Assembly (NCBI GenBank): GCA_009691555.1
Contig: SICB01000001.1
Location: forward strand, 1-42,074
DNA: 42,074 bases
Direction: 5' to 3'
DNA from: Patescibacteria group bacterium
Lineage (GTDB): Bacteria > Patescibacteriota > Saccharimonadia > CAILAD01 > BJGX01
In this document: positions 42,047 to 42,074 of the stretch, one piece after another
How the letters are laid out: each line of letters begins with the position of its first letter
Position numbering within the stretch: position 1 is the first letter of the stretch
Notes under the pieces: generated by a model
What the model was told of the DNA's origin: nothing
The model's input: only the letters and a program-made list of their open reading frames with translations
The model's database searches: none
Translations under genes and position numbers: made by a program

Positions 42047-42074
42047 TTATCTAGTATTTAGCTAATAAAAAGCC

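Noticed and set aside
1-42074. tRNA, rRNA, tmRNA, RNase P and SRP RNA genes in the non-coding gaps (3031-3434, 14058-14264, 19656-19950, 28370-28470, 41640-41935).
   Set aside because: No T-loop GGTTCGAATCC-type box with matching acceptor stems was visible in any gap, and no recognisable conserved core of the other RNAs. A by-eye scan cannot exclude divergent RNAs.

Overview
The window is a gene-dense, mostly housekeeping stretch of a small streamlined bacterial genome. It uses the standard genetic code (TGA is a stop, for example at hisS). Gene content suggests a monoderm CPR/Patescibacteria organism, Saccharibacteria-like. The supporting observations are a short IF-2, an LCP-family wall enzyme, a heliorhodopsin, a membrane-anchored nuclease and lipase-like hydrolase, and Lys/Ala-rich tails on S1 and L31. 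This taxonomic placement is inference only.

I call about 47 CDS in tightly coupled operons with many 1-23 nt start/stop overlaps:
- rpsA'-ylxR-infB-rbfA
- lnt-like gene, then a stand-alone receiver
- priA-def-fmt on the minus strand
- secDF
- recJ, then hisS
- rpsU-yqeY-ybeY-dgkA-adk-map
- ftsA, ftsZ-nrdR
- T-box leader followed by ileS-SEDS-nuclease-ORF
- heliorhodopsin, RecD/Dda-like helicase, trxB, lipase-like hydrolase, rplU
- parAB, lepB, LCP
- prfA-prmC, rpmE, LOG-family gene

I found no rRNA, tRNA, CRISPR array, transposase or integrase.

Observations most worth follow-up:
1. A composite intergenic repeat family at two loci, rbfA/lnt and rplU/parA. It combines a 154-nt core with CACTTTTG-N4-CAAAAGTG hairpin modules. 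The two full core copies differ by substitutions that preserve two predicted base pairs. It could be a structured RNA or a MITE/REP-like element.
2. An intact heliorhodopsin with its own promoter, in a small accessory patch next to a membrane-anchored nuclease, an unknown ORF and an orphan SF1B helicase.
3. A complete T-box antiterminator upstream of a type-2 ileS.
4. A recurring pattern of TATAAT boxes 7-10 nt upstream of start codons that lack a Shine-Dalgarno sequence, which suggests leaderless mRNAs.
5. Two small ORFs below the 60-aa track cutoff, each with a good ribosome-binding site.

All functional calls rest on motif recognition by eye. No database search was run.
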